Origin: an uncultured delta proteobacterium
Lineage (GTDB): Bacteria > Desulfobacterota > Desulfobacteria > Desulfobacterales > UBA2156
Reading direction: 5' to 3'
Assembly (NCBI GenBank): GCA_963698465.1
Contig: CAVOQY010000013.1
Location: 420,559 to 484,558 of the forward strand
DNA: 64,000 nucleotides
Shown here: piece by piece, positions 47,622 through 56,621 of the stretch
Layout: each line of letters opens with the position of its first letter
Position numbering within the stretch: the stretch's first letter is position 1
Notes under the pieces: model-generated
The model's database searches: none
The model's input: the letters and a program-made list of their open reading frames with translations, nothing else
Told to the model about the DNA's origin: nothing
Program-made: the position numbers and the translations under genes

Positions 47622-50081
47622 ATGCCCGATTCCAAAACCCGTATCGTTCGGACCACCACCTGGTCGCCCGGTCCCGGGTGCCATGGCGGCTGCGGGGTGC
47701 TGGCCCACGTCAAAGACGGAAAGCTCGTCAAGGTCGAGGGGGATCCCGATCATCCCTGGAACCGGGGCCGTCTGTGCGCCCGGGTCCTGGCCATGACCCA
47801 GTATGTCAACCACCCGGATCGACTCCGCCATCCCCTAAAGCGTATCGGAAAACGCGGGGAAGGGAAATGGGAGCGCATATCCTGGGAAGAAGCCCTCGAC
47901 TCCATCGAAAAAAAGATGAAGGCCATCCGGAAAAAGTTCGGGCCGGAAAGCATGGTCTTCAACGTGGGCACCGGAAGGGATATCTACCCCTGGGTCTGCA
48001 TGCTGGCCTATGCCTACGGAAGCCCCAACGTGATGTTCGGCCTTTCCGGACAGGCGTGCTACGGACCCCGCGTGTCCGCCGTGGTCACCGTGCAGGGGGA
48101 TTACGCGGTCTTCGATGCGGGCCAGTGGTTTCCCGCGCGCTATGAAGACCCCCGGCATCAAATCCCCGAATGCATGATCATCTGGGGTTACAACATCCAC
48201 GCCACGTGTCCGGACAACCTGTTCGGGCACTGGATCATCGACATGATGAAGCGCGGCACCCGCATCATCTGCATCGACCCCCGGCTCTCCTGGTTCGCCT
48301 CCCGCGCCAGGCACTGGCTGCGGCTTCGACCGGGAACCGATTCCGCACTGGTCATGGGATTTTTGAACGTGATCATCAAGGAAAACCGATACGATCAGCG
48401 ATTTCTCAAAAACTGGACCAACGCCGCCCACCTGGTTCGCACGGATACCGGAAAGCTTTTACGGGAAAGCGACCTTTTAAAAAGCGGGGCAAATATCCAT
48501 TTCGTCGCCTGGGATGCCAAAGCCCGAAAGCCTCTCATCTGGGACACCGCCCAAGTTGCATATCGTCAAAAGAACGCCAGACCCATGCTTTCCGGGTCCT
48601 GCGAAGTGAAACTGGCAAACGGAAAAACCGTCTCGTGCCATACGGCATGGGACGCCTTTTGCAGTCAAGTGGAAGCATATCCGTTGGACAAGGTTGAATC
48701 CATCACCGGCGTTCCAGCAGCCGATATCCGGGAAGCCGCACGTCTCTACGCCGATAGCAAACCGGCGGCCGTTCACTGGGGCGTCGCCGTGGACATGACG
48801 CCGGCGCTCACCCCGCTGGTCACGGGGATCACCGCACTGTGGGCGCTGACCGGGAACCTGGACGTTCCCGGGGGAAACGTGATCGCCCGATTCGCCTTCG
48901 ATGTCACCTCCTATGCCCTCCCCGGAACCAAAGGTCCCATCCGCCTAAAAAGCCCGGAACTCGACAAGCCCCGAATCGGCGCCGATCGATGCATGCCCCT
49001 CAACAAATTCTACTGGCGATGCCAGACCGACATGACCCTCGAGCAGATCTTTACGGAAAAGCCCTACCCCATCAAGGGAATGTGGATCCAGACCGCCGGT
49101 ATTTTGCAGGGGCTGGGCATGGATCCCAAACGCTGGCGCGAGGCATTGAAAAAACTCGATTTTATCGTGGCCGTCGACTTGTTTCATACTCCGACGACCC
49201 AGTACGCGGACGTGGTTCTCCCTGCCGCCAGCTTCCTGGAAAAAGACGGTTTCCGGAGCTGGTGGACCCCCCTTCAGAGCATCAACAGGGCCATAAAGGT
49301 CAAGGAATGCCGGCCCGATGTGGAAATCAATTTCGAGCTGGCAAAACGCTTCGACCCCGACTACAAATTCGAAACGATCTACGATCTTTTTGACGACATC
49401 CTCAAACCCGCGGGAATGACATTCGAAGAGCTCCAGGAGCAGGGTTGGGCATACCCTCCGGAAGGAAGCTCCAGCTGCCCTTACCTGCGACACGAAAAAG
49501 GGCTGCTTCGTCCGGATAAAAAGCCGGGATTCAGGACGCCCACCGGCCTGTTCGAGATTTACTCCACCCTCCGGGAGGAATGGGGGCTGGCGCCGGTTCC
49601 CCATCATGAGGAGCCCCCCTTTACTCCGGTGAGCCGACCGGATCTGGCCCGACAATATCCCTTGATCCTGTCGACAGGGAGACGCTCCCCCGCCTTTTTC
49701 CATTCCGAACATCGGAACATCCCCTGGCTGCGGGCATTGGATCCGGATCCCCTTGTGGAAATCCATCCCGATACCGCTCAAAACCACGGCATCGGCAACG
49801 GGGAGTGGGTGTGGGTGGAAAATTGGATGGGCCGGGTCAAGCTGAAGGCCAAAGTGACGCCGGTGGTGCCTCCATGGATGGTCATGGCCACCCACGGCTG
49901 GTGGTTCCCGGAAAAAGCCCCGGCCGAGCCTTCCCTTTTCGGCGTATGGGAGTCCAACATCAATCAATTGATTCCCATGGACCATCAGGGCAAGGACGGT
50001 CAGGGCGCCCCCATCAAACACAGCATGTGCAGAATTTACCGGGTCGGCGTGGAGGAAAAAAACGATGGCGAAAAAGCCTGA
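47622..50081 (+). CDS. Molybdopterin (Mo/W-bisPGD) oxidoreductase large subunit, cytoplasmic, substrate unknown
   Basis: 819 aa, GGGAGG RBS, no Tat signal. The N-terminal Cys pattern GCHGGCGV...C is atypical. Family body and C-terminal barrel are present (IHPDTAQNHGIGNGEWVWVEN). Confidence 0.85.
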   Translation: MPDSKTRIVRTTTWSPGPGCHGGCGVLAHVKDGKLVKVEGDPDHPWNRGRLCARVLAMTQYVNHPDRLRHPLKRIGKRGEGKWERISWEEALDSIEKKMKAIRKKFGPESMVFNVGTGRDIYPWVCMLAYAYGSPNVMFGLSGQACYGPRVSAVVTVQGDYAVFDAGQWFPARYEDPRHQIPECMIIWGYNIHATCPDNLFGHWIIDMMKRGTRIICIDPRLSWFASRARHWLRLRPGTDSALVMGFLNVIIKENRYDQRFLKNWTNAAHLVRTDTGKLLRESDLLKSGANIHFVAWDAKARKPLIWDTAQVAYRQKNARPMLSGSCEVKLANGKTVSCHTAWDAFCSQVEAYPLDKVESITGVPAADIREAARLYADSKPAAVHWGVAVDMTPALTPLVTGITALWALTGNLDVPGGNVIARFAFDVTSYALPGTKGPIRLKSPELDKPRIGADRCMPLNKFYWRCQTDMTLEQIFTEKPYPIKGMWIQTAGILQGLGMDPKRWREALKKLDFIVAVDLFHTPTTQYADVVLPAASFLEKDGFRSWWTPLQSINRAIKVKECRPDVEINFELAKRFDPDYKFETIYDLFDDILKPAGMTFEELQEQGWAYPPEGSSSCPYLRHEKGLLRPDKKPGFRTPTGLFEIYSTLREEWGLAPVPHHEEPPFTPVSRPDLARQYPLILSTGRRSPAFFHSEHRNIPWLRALDPDPLVEIHPDTAQNHGIGNGEWVWVENWMGRVKLKAKVTPVVPPWMVMATHGWWFPEKAPAEPSLFGVWESNINQLIPMDHQGKDGQGAPIKHSMCRIYRVGVEEKNDGEKA

Positions 50082-50406
50082 ATACGGCCTGTTGATCGAC
50101 TACGAATATTGCACGGGCTGCCTTGCCTGCCAGGTGGCCTGCACCCAGGAATATGGATGGGAGCCCGGCATGTCCGGCATGCGGGTCAACGAAATCGTCC
50201 AGCCCCTGCCACACAACAAGCACTATCTAACCTATCTGCCGTTTCCAACCGAGCTTTGCGTGCTGTGTCGTCCTCGGACCCGAAAAGGCCTTGAACCGGC
50301 CTGCGTCAAGCACTGCATGGCCGACGTCATCAAATGGGGACGCCTCGAGGACCTGTCCAGGGAACTGGGCACCAAGCCGCGGCTGGTCCTCTGGTCGCCC
50401 CGATAA
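50065..50406 (+). CDS. Small 4Fe-4S ferredoxin-like subunit (113 aa, 8 Cys)
   Basis: CTGCLACQVAC plus CVLC...CVKHC. GGAGG RBS and a 17-nt overlap with the large-subunit gene. Confidence 0.7.
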   Translation: MAKKPEYGLLIDYEYCTGCLACQVACTQEYGWEPGMSGMRVNEIVQPLPHNKHYLTYLPFPTELCVLCRPRTRKGLEPACVKHCMADVIKWGRLEDLSRELGTKPRLVLWSPR

Positions 50407-50429
50407 AGCGAAGCGACCTTAAGGGCCGG

Positions 50430-51611
50430 TCACTCGTTTAACAGGGTTCCGGGGAGGATGCTCTTATCCCCGAACTTTTCGTGCAGCGTGTCCAGGGTGA
50501 CATTCAACTTCTTTCTTTTTTCCAGGGTCTTGTCTATGGTGAAAAGGTCCAGCTGGATCCCGGTGGCAAGATGGCTGAGGTGGGACATCGACACGCCCAA
50601 CAACCGAACCGGCTTTTTGCCCAGTGCGGTTTTATTCGAGAGCCTGCAGACGATTTCGTAGAGGACACTGCCGTCATCCGTGGGATGCCCCAGAGTCTCG
50701 GACCGGGTGGCCATGACAAAGTCGGCATACTTGACCTTCAAGGTCACGGTCTTTCCTAAAACCCCGTATCTTCTTGCCCGCCGGGCGACCCGGTTTGAAA
50801 GCGACAGGAGTTCCCTCTTGGCGGTTTCAAGGTCTATGATGTCATGTTCGAAGGTCTCCTCGTGGCCGATGGATTTCATGTCATAATCGGCCACCACGTC
50901 CCGTTCATCCATGCCGGAGGCCAGCCGGTGCATCCGGGCGCCGTGTTTGCCGAATTTTCGCTCCAGAAATCCGACGGACGTGCGGCGCAAATCCGCAAAT
51001 GTCCGGATGCCGAGCTGTTTCAGGGCGGCCTGGGTCACCTTTCCCGCGCTCCACATTTTGTCGATGGGAAGGGGATCCAGGAAGGCCTGCTCTTCCCCGG
51101 GCGCCACCACGGTCAGCCCGTCGGGCTTATCCATGTCCGAGGCGATCTTCGCCACGAACTTGGAAGCCGCCGCACCGGCGGAAACCGTCAGCCCGCATTC
51201 GCTGACGATCGCCTTTTTTATTTTTTGGGCGATTTCCGTCGGCACCCCGAAAAGCCGCACCGAGGCGGTGACATCCAAAAACGCCTCGTCGATGGAGAGG
51301 GGCTCCACCAGGGGAGTGAATCGATAAAAAACCTCGAATATCCGGTTCGATACTTCCTTGTACCGCTGCATCCTCACCGGCAGCACCACGGCTTCGGGGC
51401 AAAGGCGCATCGCCGTTACCATGGGCTGGGCCGAGTGCACGCCGAACTTCCGCGCTTCATAGGATGCCGAGGAAACCACACCCCGCTTCCGGCTCCCGCC
51501 CACGATGACCGGCTTCCCCTTCAAGGCCGGGTCGTCCAACACCTCAACAGCCGGATAGAAGGCGTCCATATCCAGGTGAAGGATGCTTTTATAAAGGTTT
51601 GGATGTTCCAC
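50430..51611 (-). CDS. dinB: DNA polymerase IV (Y-family)
   Basis: LHLDMDAFYPAVE, KPVIVGG and SIDEAFLDVT motifs; 393 aa. Confidence 0.9.
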   Translation of the reverse strand: MEHPNLYKSILHLDMDAFYPAVEVLDDPALKGKPVIVGGSRKRGVVSSASYEARKFGVHSAQPMVTAMRLCPEAVVLPVRMQRYKEVSNRIFEVFYRFTPLVEPLSIDEAFLDVTASVRLFGVPTEIAQKIKKAIVSECGLTVSAGAAASKFVAKIASDMDKPDGLTVVAPGEEQAFLDPLPIDKMWSAGKVTQAALKQLGIRTFADLRRTSVGFLERKFGKHGARMHRLASGMDERDVVADYDMKSIGHEETFEHDIIDLETAKRELLSLSNRVARRARRYGVLGKTVTLKVKYADFVMATRSETLGHPTDDGSVLYEIVCRLSNKTALGKKPVRLLGVSMSHLSHLATGIQLDLFTIDKTLEKRKKLNVTLDTLHEKFGDKSILPGTLLNE

Positions 51612-51666
51612 CAGACAAATAGCAAGGAACGGTCAGGATTTCTGCAAAACGATTAGGCTGAACCCA

Positions 51667-51950
51667 TCAAGCGGGCGGCATGACCTGGGCTTCCCCTGAA
51701 AATACAATCTTCTGATCCTGATTGACGAAGACGGTTTCCATACGAACCCGATTCTTCTCTTTGAAGACTTCCAAGACTTTCAGTGTCAACGTGAGGGTAT
51801 CTCCGATAAAAACCGGGCGGAGAAACTTCATGGTCTGGGAGAGATAGATGGTTCCTTCTCCCGGAAATTGCATTCCGATCACCCCGGAGAGAATTCCTGC
51901 TGAAAGCATCCCATGGGCGACACGCTGCTTGAACAGGCTGTTTTTCGCAT
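51667..51950 (-). pseudogene. MaoC-like (R)-hydratase hot-dog domain gene, 5'-truncated at the repeat junction
   Basis: The in-frame translation DAKNSLFKQRVAHGMLSAGILSG...TLTLKVLE... covers only the C-terminal ~94 aa. The reading frame runs into repeat copy B at 51951. Confidence 0.7.
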
Positions 51951-52672
51951 CACATCGAAATTTTGTCCGAGCAATTCAGGGCCTACCAGGGGAAAGGCAA
52001 ATTCGACGCCGGCTGTCTTGCCGGAAGGCCCTCGGCAAAAATCGCCTCCGCGGTCTTCACTCCGGCGCTGTCCCGGAAGATCGATGCCGCGTCGTTTGAG
52101 GCGGCCGCCATTTCCGCGGCCATGGCCATGGAGGAAGCCGCCATCCGGCTTTACGCCGATCGCGCCAAGAAGACCCGAGACCGCCACGAGAAGGCCCTGT
52201 ACCGTTGGCTTGTCGAATGGGAAACCTCCCATCTCGAGATGCTCTCCAAAATCGATCAGGATCTCAAGGAGAGCATCTGGCACGACAACGCCTTCTGGCC
52301 GTTTTAGGAAAGCTGTCGCGGTTACCCCAAAAGGGACCTGGCGACGATCACTTTCTCCATTTCCCGGGTACCTTCGTATATCTCCAGGATCTTGGCGTCC
52401 CGGTACAGGCGCTGGACCTTGTACTCGTCGATATAGCCGTACCCGCCGTGCATCTGAAGGGCCTCGTCGGCGCACCGGACCGCCATCCGCGCACTGTACC
52501 ACTTGGCCATGGCCACCAGGGCATGATCGATCTTTCCCCGGTCGGCCTTCCAGGCCGCTTCGTAATAAAGGTTCCGGGCCGCCCGGATCCACGTGGCCAT
52601 TTCGGCGATCTTGAACTGGATGGCCTGGAAAGAGGCCAAGGGCTGTCCGAACTGCCTGCGGCCCTTGGCGTG
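51951..52672. repeat. Direct repeat copy B (right flank of the accessory segment; contains 270 bp absent from copy A)
   Basis: See copy A. Copy B begins abruptly at 51951 and is continuous with the intact acyl-CoA dehydrogenase gene. Confidence 0.9.
51963..52307 (+). pseudogene. 5'-truncated duplicate of the ferritin-like gene (last 114 codons)
   Basis: The translation differs from the C-terminal part of the 44392-44895 product at two residues (T/A, A/T). Only a TTG start is available and there is no RBS. Confidence 0.8.
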
Positions 52673-53464
52673 TCGGATGGACTCTTCGAGGGCGGCTCTT
52701 GCGAGTCCCACGGCCTGGGCGCAGATGTGCAGGCGCGTCCGGTTGAAAAAAGCCATGAGCTGATGAAATCCATCTCCCCGCTTTCCCACCAGGTTTTCAG
52801 AAGGCACCCGGACCCCCTTGAGGACGACTTCGGCCGTGTCCGAGGCCCGGATCCCCAACTTGCCTCGGATCTTGACGGCCTTGAAACCCGGCGCATCGGT
52901 TTGAACGAGGAAAAAGCTGTGCCGGTGGTGGCGAGAGGGGTTTTCCGGGTCGGTCAGGCAAAAAACCAGCAGGTGCCGGGCCAGGGTTCCGTTGGTAATG
53001 AACATCTTGGAACCATCGATGACCCACTGGTCGCCGTCCTCTACGGCGGAGGTGACAGCGGAACTGACGTCGCTTCCCGCATCCGGCTCCGTGATGGCGG
53101 TCCCAATGATGGCTTCCCCGGAAACGAGCCCGGGAAGGACCGTTTCCTTTTGTTTTTCGGTGCCGTAGAGAAGGAGCAGTTCGGAACCGAAAGTCGCCGA
53201 CAAGATGGCGGCTCCGATCCCCGGATCCGCGGCCCAGAACTCTTCGGCGATGAGACAGTGCTCAAAAAACCCGTATCCAGCCCCGCCGTATTTCTCATCG
53301 ATGTAGACGCCCACGAATCCTAAATCGCAGGCCTTTTTCCAAATCGACAAGTCAAACCGTTCCTCCCTGTCAAACACCGGGGCCATTTCCGTGAATTCCT
53401 TGACGGCGAACTCCCGGGCCGCTTTTTGAATCTCCTTCTGTTCACGTGTCAATTCAAAATCCAT
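52322..53464 (-). CDS. Acyl-CoA dehydrogenase
   Basis: 380 aa with the typical ACAD sequence (ITEPDAGSD, FITNG, QIHGGYGY-like MHGGYGYIDEY, YEGT). Confidence 0.9.
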   Translation of the reverse strand: MDFELTREQKEIQKAAREFAVKEFTEMAPVFDREERFDLSIWKKACDLGFVGVYIDEKYGGAGYGFFEHCLIAEEFWAADPGIGAAILSATFGSELLLLYGTEKQKETVLPGLVSGEAIIGTAITEPDAGSDVSSAVTSAVEDGDQWVIDGSKMFITNGTLARHLLVFCLTDPENPSRHHRHSFFLVQTDAPGFKAVKIRGKLGIRASDTAEVVLKGVRVPSENLVGKRGDGFHQLMAFFNRTRLHICAQAVGLARAALEESIRHAKGRRQFGQPLASFQAIQFKIAEMATWIRAARNLYYEAAWKADRGKIDHALVAMAKWYSARMAVRCADEALQMHGGYGYIDEYKVQRLYRDAKILEIYEGTREMEKVIVARSLLG

Positions 53465-55107
53465 CAGATCGCACTCCTTCTTTTTTCCTCGCTGCGGATT
53501 TCCCGTCGGAGCAGTTTCCCGACTTTCGATTTCGGGAGCATGTCTCTGAATTCGATGTAGTGCGGCACCTTATAAGAAACCAGGCTTTTCCTGCACCACT
53601 TGATGAGATCCTGTCCGGTGATTCCTTTGACGTCTTCTTTGAGCACCACGTAGGCCTTGATCCTCTCCCCCACCCGCTCGTCGGGGACGCCTACCACGCA
53701 GGAAGCCATCACCGCCGAATGCTCCTGCAGGGTGGTCTCGATTTCCGAGGCCGATACACGGTAGCCCTTGTGTTTGATGGTGTCGACGGTGCGGTCCACG
53801 AAGTAAAGGTATCCCTTTTCGTCCATGGACATGATGTCTGCGGTACGGTACCACATTTTTCCGTCTTTCTCGACAAACGCAGAGGCGGTTTCTTCGGGTT
53901 TGTTGAGGTAGGCCTTCACCATGTGCTCCGAAGAAACCCAGAGCTCTCCGGGCGCTCCGACTGCCACCGGGTCCAAAGTGGAAGGTTCCACGATGCAAAT
54001 CGTCTTGCTGGGTACCACCCGCCCCACGCTTTTTGGGGGGTTCTCGCGGTCTGTCGGACACATGGCCACCCCCCCGCAGGTCTCCGTGGCGCCGTAACCC
54101 TGGTGGATGACCCGGTTGAATCGCTCTTTCCATCGTTTTCCGATCTCCACGGGCAGGACATCCCCCCCGCTGAAGCAGTAGTCGATGGAACTCAAGTCGT
54201 ATTGATCGAGCCGGGGATGCTCCAGGATCATCCGGTAGAGCATGGGGACCCCGATCATGCTTTTCGCCTTGAACCTTTCGATGGCATCGAAAGCCGCATC
54301 CAGGTTGACCCGGGGCTGGATGATGAGGGTGCCTCCAAACAGAAGGGTGGACAAACTGCAGGTCTGGCCAAGGATGTGAAACAGGGGGGCGTTTCCCATG
54401 ATCACATTGTCTTTTGCCGGAAACATCGCATCGCTGATATGGATCTGCTCCTCGGCGGACGTTAAAAAAAGCGCGTGGGACAAGGGAACGCCTTTGGGAA
54501 ACTTGGTGGTTCCGCCGGTGTAAAGGATCTCCGCGGTTTGGGTCCCGCCCCTGCCGGGATCCGGCAGGGCAGACAAATCGGACAAACCCTGCGACAGCAG
54601 TTTCCGAAGAAAATGGACGGAGTTGAGCCTTTGGACCCTGCCCCTGGGCACTACGTCAAAGAGAAAGCCGAAGGCGCGCTTCCAGGCGGGCAACAGGTCC
54701 GCGAGGTTGGACACGATGACCGACCGAATGGCGGTTTCCGGAAGGACCTGCATCACATACCCGAAATTGGTGTCCATGCAGACGATGCACTCGGCGCCGC
54801 TGTCGTTGGCGATGTATTTCAGGTCGTGAGGCGTGTAGATGGGCGTTATGGGGACGGGGACGGCACCGAGGCGCTGAATGCCCAGCCACGACACCACCCA
54901 CTGGATGCTGTTGGGAAGATAAAGCACCACCTTGCATCCCGGCCCGACCCCGAGACGGGAAAGGGCAGAGGCAAACCGTGTCGCAAGCTCGATGACCCGG
55001 CCGTAGGAAAAGGAAGTCCCCAGATAGATGACTGCGGTCTTTTCGGTCCGCTTCGCGGCGGCGGCAAAGAAAACCGAAGCGATACTGTTAGGGTTTGAAC
55101 CGGTCAT
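53464..55107 (-). CDS. AMP-dependent acyl-CoA synthetase/ligase
   Basis: AMP-binding motifs ILYTGGTTKFPKGV, QGYGATE, YRTADI and PKSKVGKLLRRE. Confidence 0.9.
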   Translation of the reverse strand: MTGSNPNSIASVFFAAAAKRTEKTAVIYLGTSFSYGRVIELATRFASALSRLGVGPGCKVVLYLPNSIQWVVSWLGIQRLGAVPVPITPIYTPHDLKYIANDSGAECIVCMDTNFGYVMQVLPETAIRSVIVSNLADLLPAWKRAFGFLFDVVPRGRVQRLNSVHFLRKLLSQGLSDLSALPDPGRGGTQTAEILYTGGTTKFPKGVPLSHALFLTSAEEQIHISDAMFPAKDNVIMGNAPLFHILGQTCSLSTLLFGGTLIIQPRVNLDAAFDAIERFKAKSMIGVPMLYRMILEHPRLDQYDLSSIDYCFSGGDVLPVEIGKRWKERFNRVIHQGYGATETCGGVAMCPTDRENPPKSVGRVVPSKTICIVEPSTLDPVAVGAPGELWVSSEHMVKAYLNKPEETASAFVEKDGKMWYRTADIMSMDEKGYLYFVDRTVDTIKHKGYRVSASEIETTLQEHSAVMASCVVGVPDERVGERIKAYVVLKEDVKGITGQDLIKWCRKSLVSYKVPHYIEFRDMLPKSKVGKLLRREIRSEEKRRSAI

Positions 55108-55116
55108 AAGCGATTT

Positions 55117-55875
55117 CTAAAGGCCGAAATAAGCCGACTTGATTTCCGGGTTATCCATGAGTTGCTGCCCGGTTCCCTGAAGGGTCAGCATCCCGTTTTC
55201 CACCACGTATCCCCGGTCGATCACCGGGAGCACGGGTCGCGCGAACTGTTCGCTGAGTAGCACACTGATGCCGGTGTCCTCCTTCAACTTCACGACGGCG
55301 TCCACCAGGGTCCGCTGCATCAAGGGGCTCAACCCCAAGAGGGGTTCGTCCAACAACAGAAGTCTCGGCCCCACGACGAGGGCCATCCCGATGGCGAGCA
55401 TCTGCTGCTCCCCCCCGCTCAAAAAGCCCGCCTTCCGGTGCCTGAGGTCCGACAGGGGTGGAAAAAGGGCATAGGCCCTTTCAACCCCCTGGGCGATCTG
55501 GGACCGGGAGCGCAGGTAGCCGGCGATCTTCAGATTTTCCAGGACGCTGCTTTCCGGAAAAACCGGGTGCCGCTCCCGGGAAAGAACGATACCCTTTCGG
55601 ACACGCCGGCTCGGGGGTGTCTCGGTGATGTCTTCTCCGTCGAAAAAAATCTTTCCGTAAAGCGTGATGCGCTCCCCTCCCCGGCGCTTCTCCTTGACGC
55701 GCATGTGGATGATCAATCCGGACAGGGCGTTCATCAACGTCGTCTTCCCCGCGCTGTTGGACCCGATGACCCCCACCCGCTCTCCTTCGTTCACATGCAG
55801 GCTGAGATCGTTGATGGCCAAGGCGTTTTCGAAAAAGACCATCAGGTTTTTCACTTCCAGCAACATGGAGGTCAT
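55117..55875 (-). CDS. livF: Branched-chain amino acid-type ABC transporter ATP-binding protein
   Basis: GSNSAGKTT, LSGGEQQMLAIGMAL, LLLDEP. Operon position after livG. Confidence 0.8.
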   Translation of the reverse strand: MTSMLLEVKNLMVFFENALAINDLSLHVNEGERVGVIGSNSAGKTTLMNALSGLIIHMRVKEKRRGGERITLYGKIFFDGEDITETPPSRRVRKGIVLSRERHPVFPESSVLENLKIAGYLRSRSQIAQGVERAYALFPPLSDLRHRKAGFLSGGEQQMLAIGMALVVGPRLLLLDEPLLGLSPLMQRTLVDAVVKLKEDTGISVLLSEQFARPVLPVIDRGYVVENGMLTLQGTGQQLMDNPEIKSAYFGL

Positions 55876-56621
55876 TCCGCTCCCAGGTAGGCTTTTTTCA
55901 CTTCCGCACTTTCCATCACCTCGGAGGCGTTCCCTTCGGCGATCTTGTGCCCGTAATTGAGAACGAGGACCCGGTCGGCGATGCGGAAAAGCTCTTTCAG
56001 CCGATGCTCGATCATGATGATCGTCTTTCCTTGATGGCGAAGCTTTTCAATGACGGGGACGATCCCCGCCACCTCGGCGAGGCTGAGTCCCGAAAAGAGC
56101 TCGTCCAAGATCATCAGTTCCGGATTCAGGGCGATGGATTTGGCCAGTTCGAGGCGCTTAAGGTATCCCTGGGGGAGCGCTCCGGCACTTTTGTAGGCCA
56201 CCATGGAATCCCGTTCGAAGCCGACTTCTTCCAAAAGGTCCAGGGCCACGGCATCCCTGTCCCCGTACTTCCCTCCCAGCATTCCTTTGACCCGGGGGGA
56301 ATACAAGGGGATGATCATGTTCTTGAACGCCGGCAACTGGTAGAACGGTTTGACCATTTGAAAGGTCCGGCTGATGCCCAGCCGGACGATCCGGTGAACG
56401 GACATGCCGGTGATGTCTTTGCCCTTAAAGGAGATTTCCCCCTCGGTGGGCTTCACGAAACCGGTGATCAGGTTCACGGCCGTCGTTTTTCCGGACCCGT
56501 TGGGGCCGATGAGGCCCAAAAGCTCCCCCCGGTCCAGGGAGAAGCTCAAATCGCTGATGGCCTGGACCCCGCCGAAGTTTTTGTAGAGCCCCGAGACCTT
56601 GAGAATAGGCTCCGAGCCCAT
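55872..56621 (-). CDS. livG: Branched-chain amino acid-type ABC transporter ATP-binding protein
   Basis: ORF opens at 56786. The ATG at 56621 (MGSEPILKVSGLYKNFGG) overlaps the livM stop by 1 nt. GPNGSGKTT and the LivG-type insert are present. Confidence 0.8.
   Translation of the reverse strand: MGSEPILKVSGLYKNFGGVQAISDLSFSLDRGELLGLIGPNGSGKTTAVNLITGFVKPTEGEISFKGKDITGMSVHRIVRLGISRTFQMVKPFYQLPAFKNMIIPLYSPRVKGMLGGKYGDRDAVALDLLEEVGFERDSMVAYKSAGALPQGYLKRLELAKSIALNPELMILDELFSGLSLAEVAGIVPVIEKLRHQGKTIIMIEHRLKELFRIADRVLVLNYGHKIAEGNASEVMESAEVKKAYLGAE

Noticed and set aside
17819-50081. In-frame TGA (selenocysteine) codons in the two Mo/W oxidoreductase genes
   Set aside because: Both ORFs (17819-19993 and 47622-50081) are uninterrupted, so no recoding needs to be invoked.
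51963-52307. 114-aa ORF as an independent functional ferritin-like gene
   Set aside because: It is the 5'-truncated right-hand repeat copy. It lacks the first diiron helix pair and has only a TTG start with no RBS.
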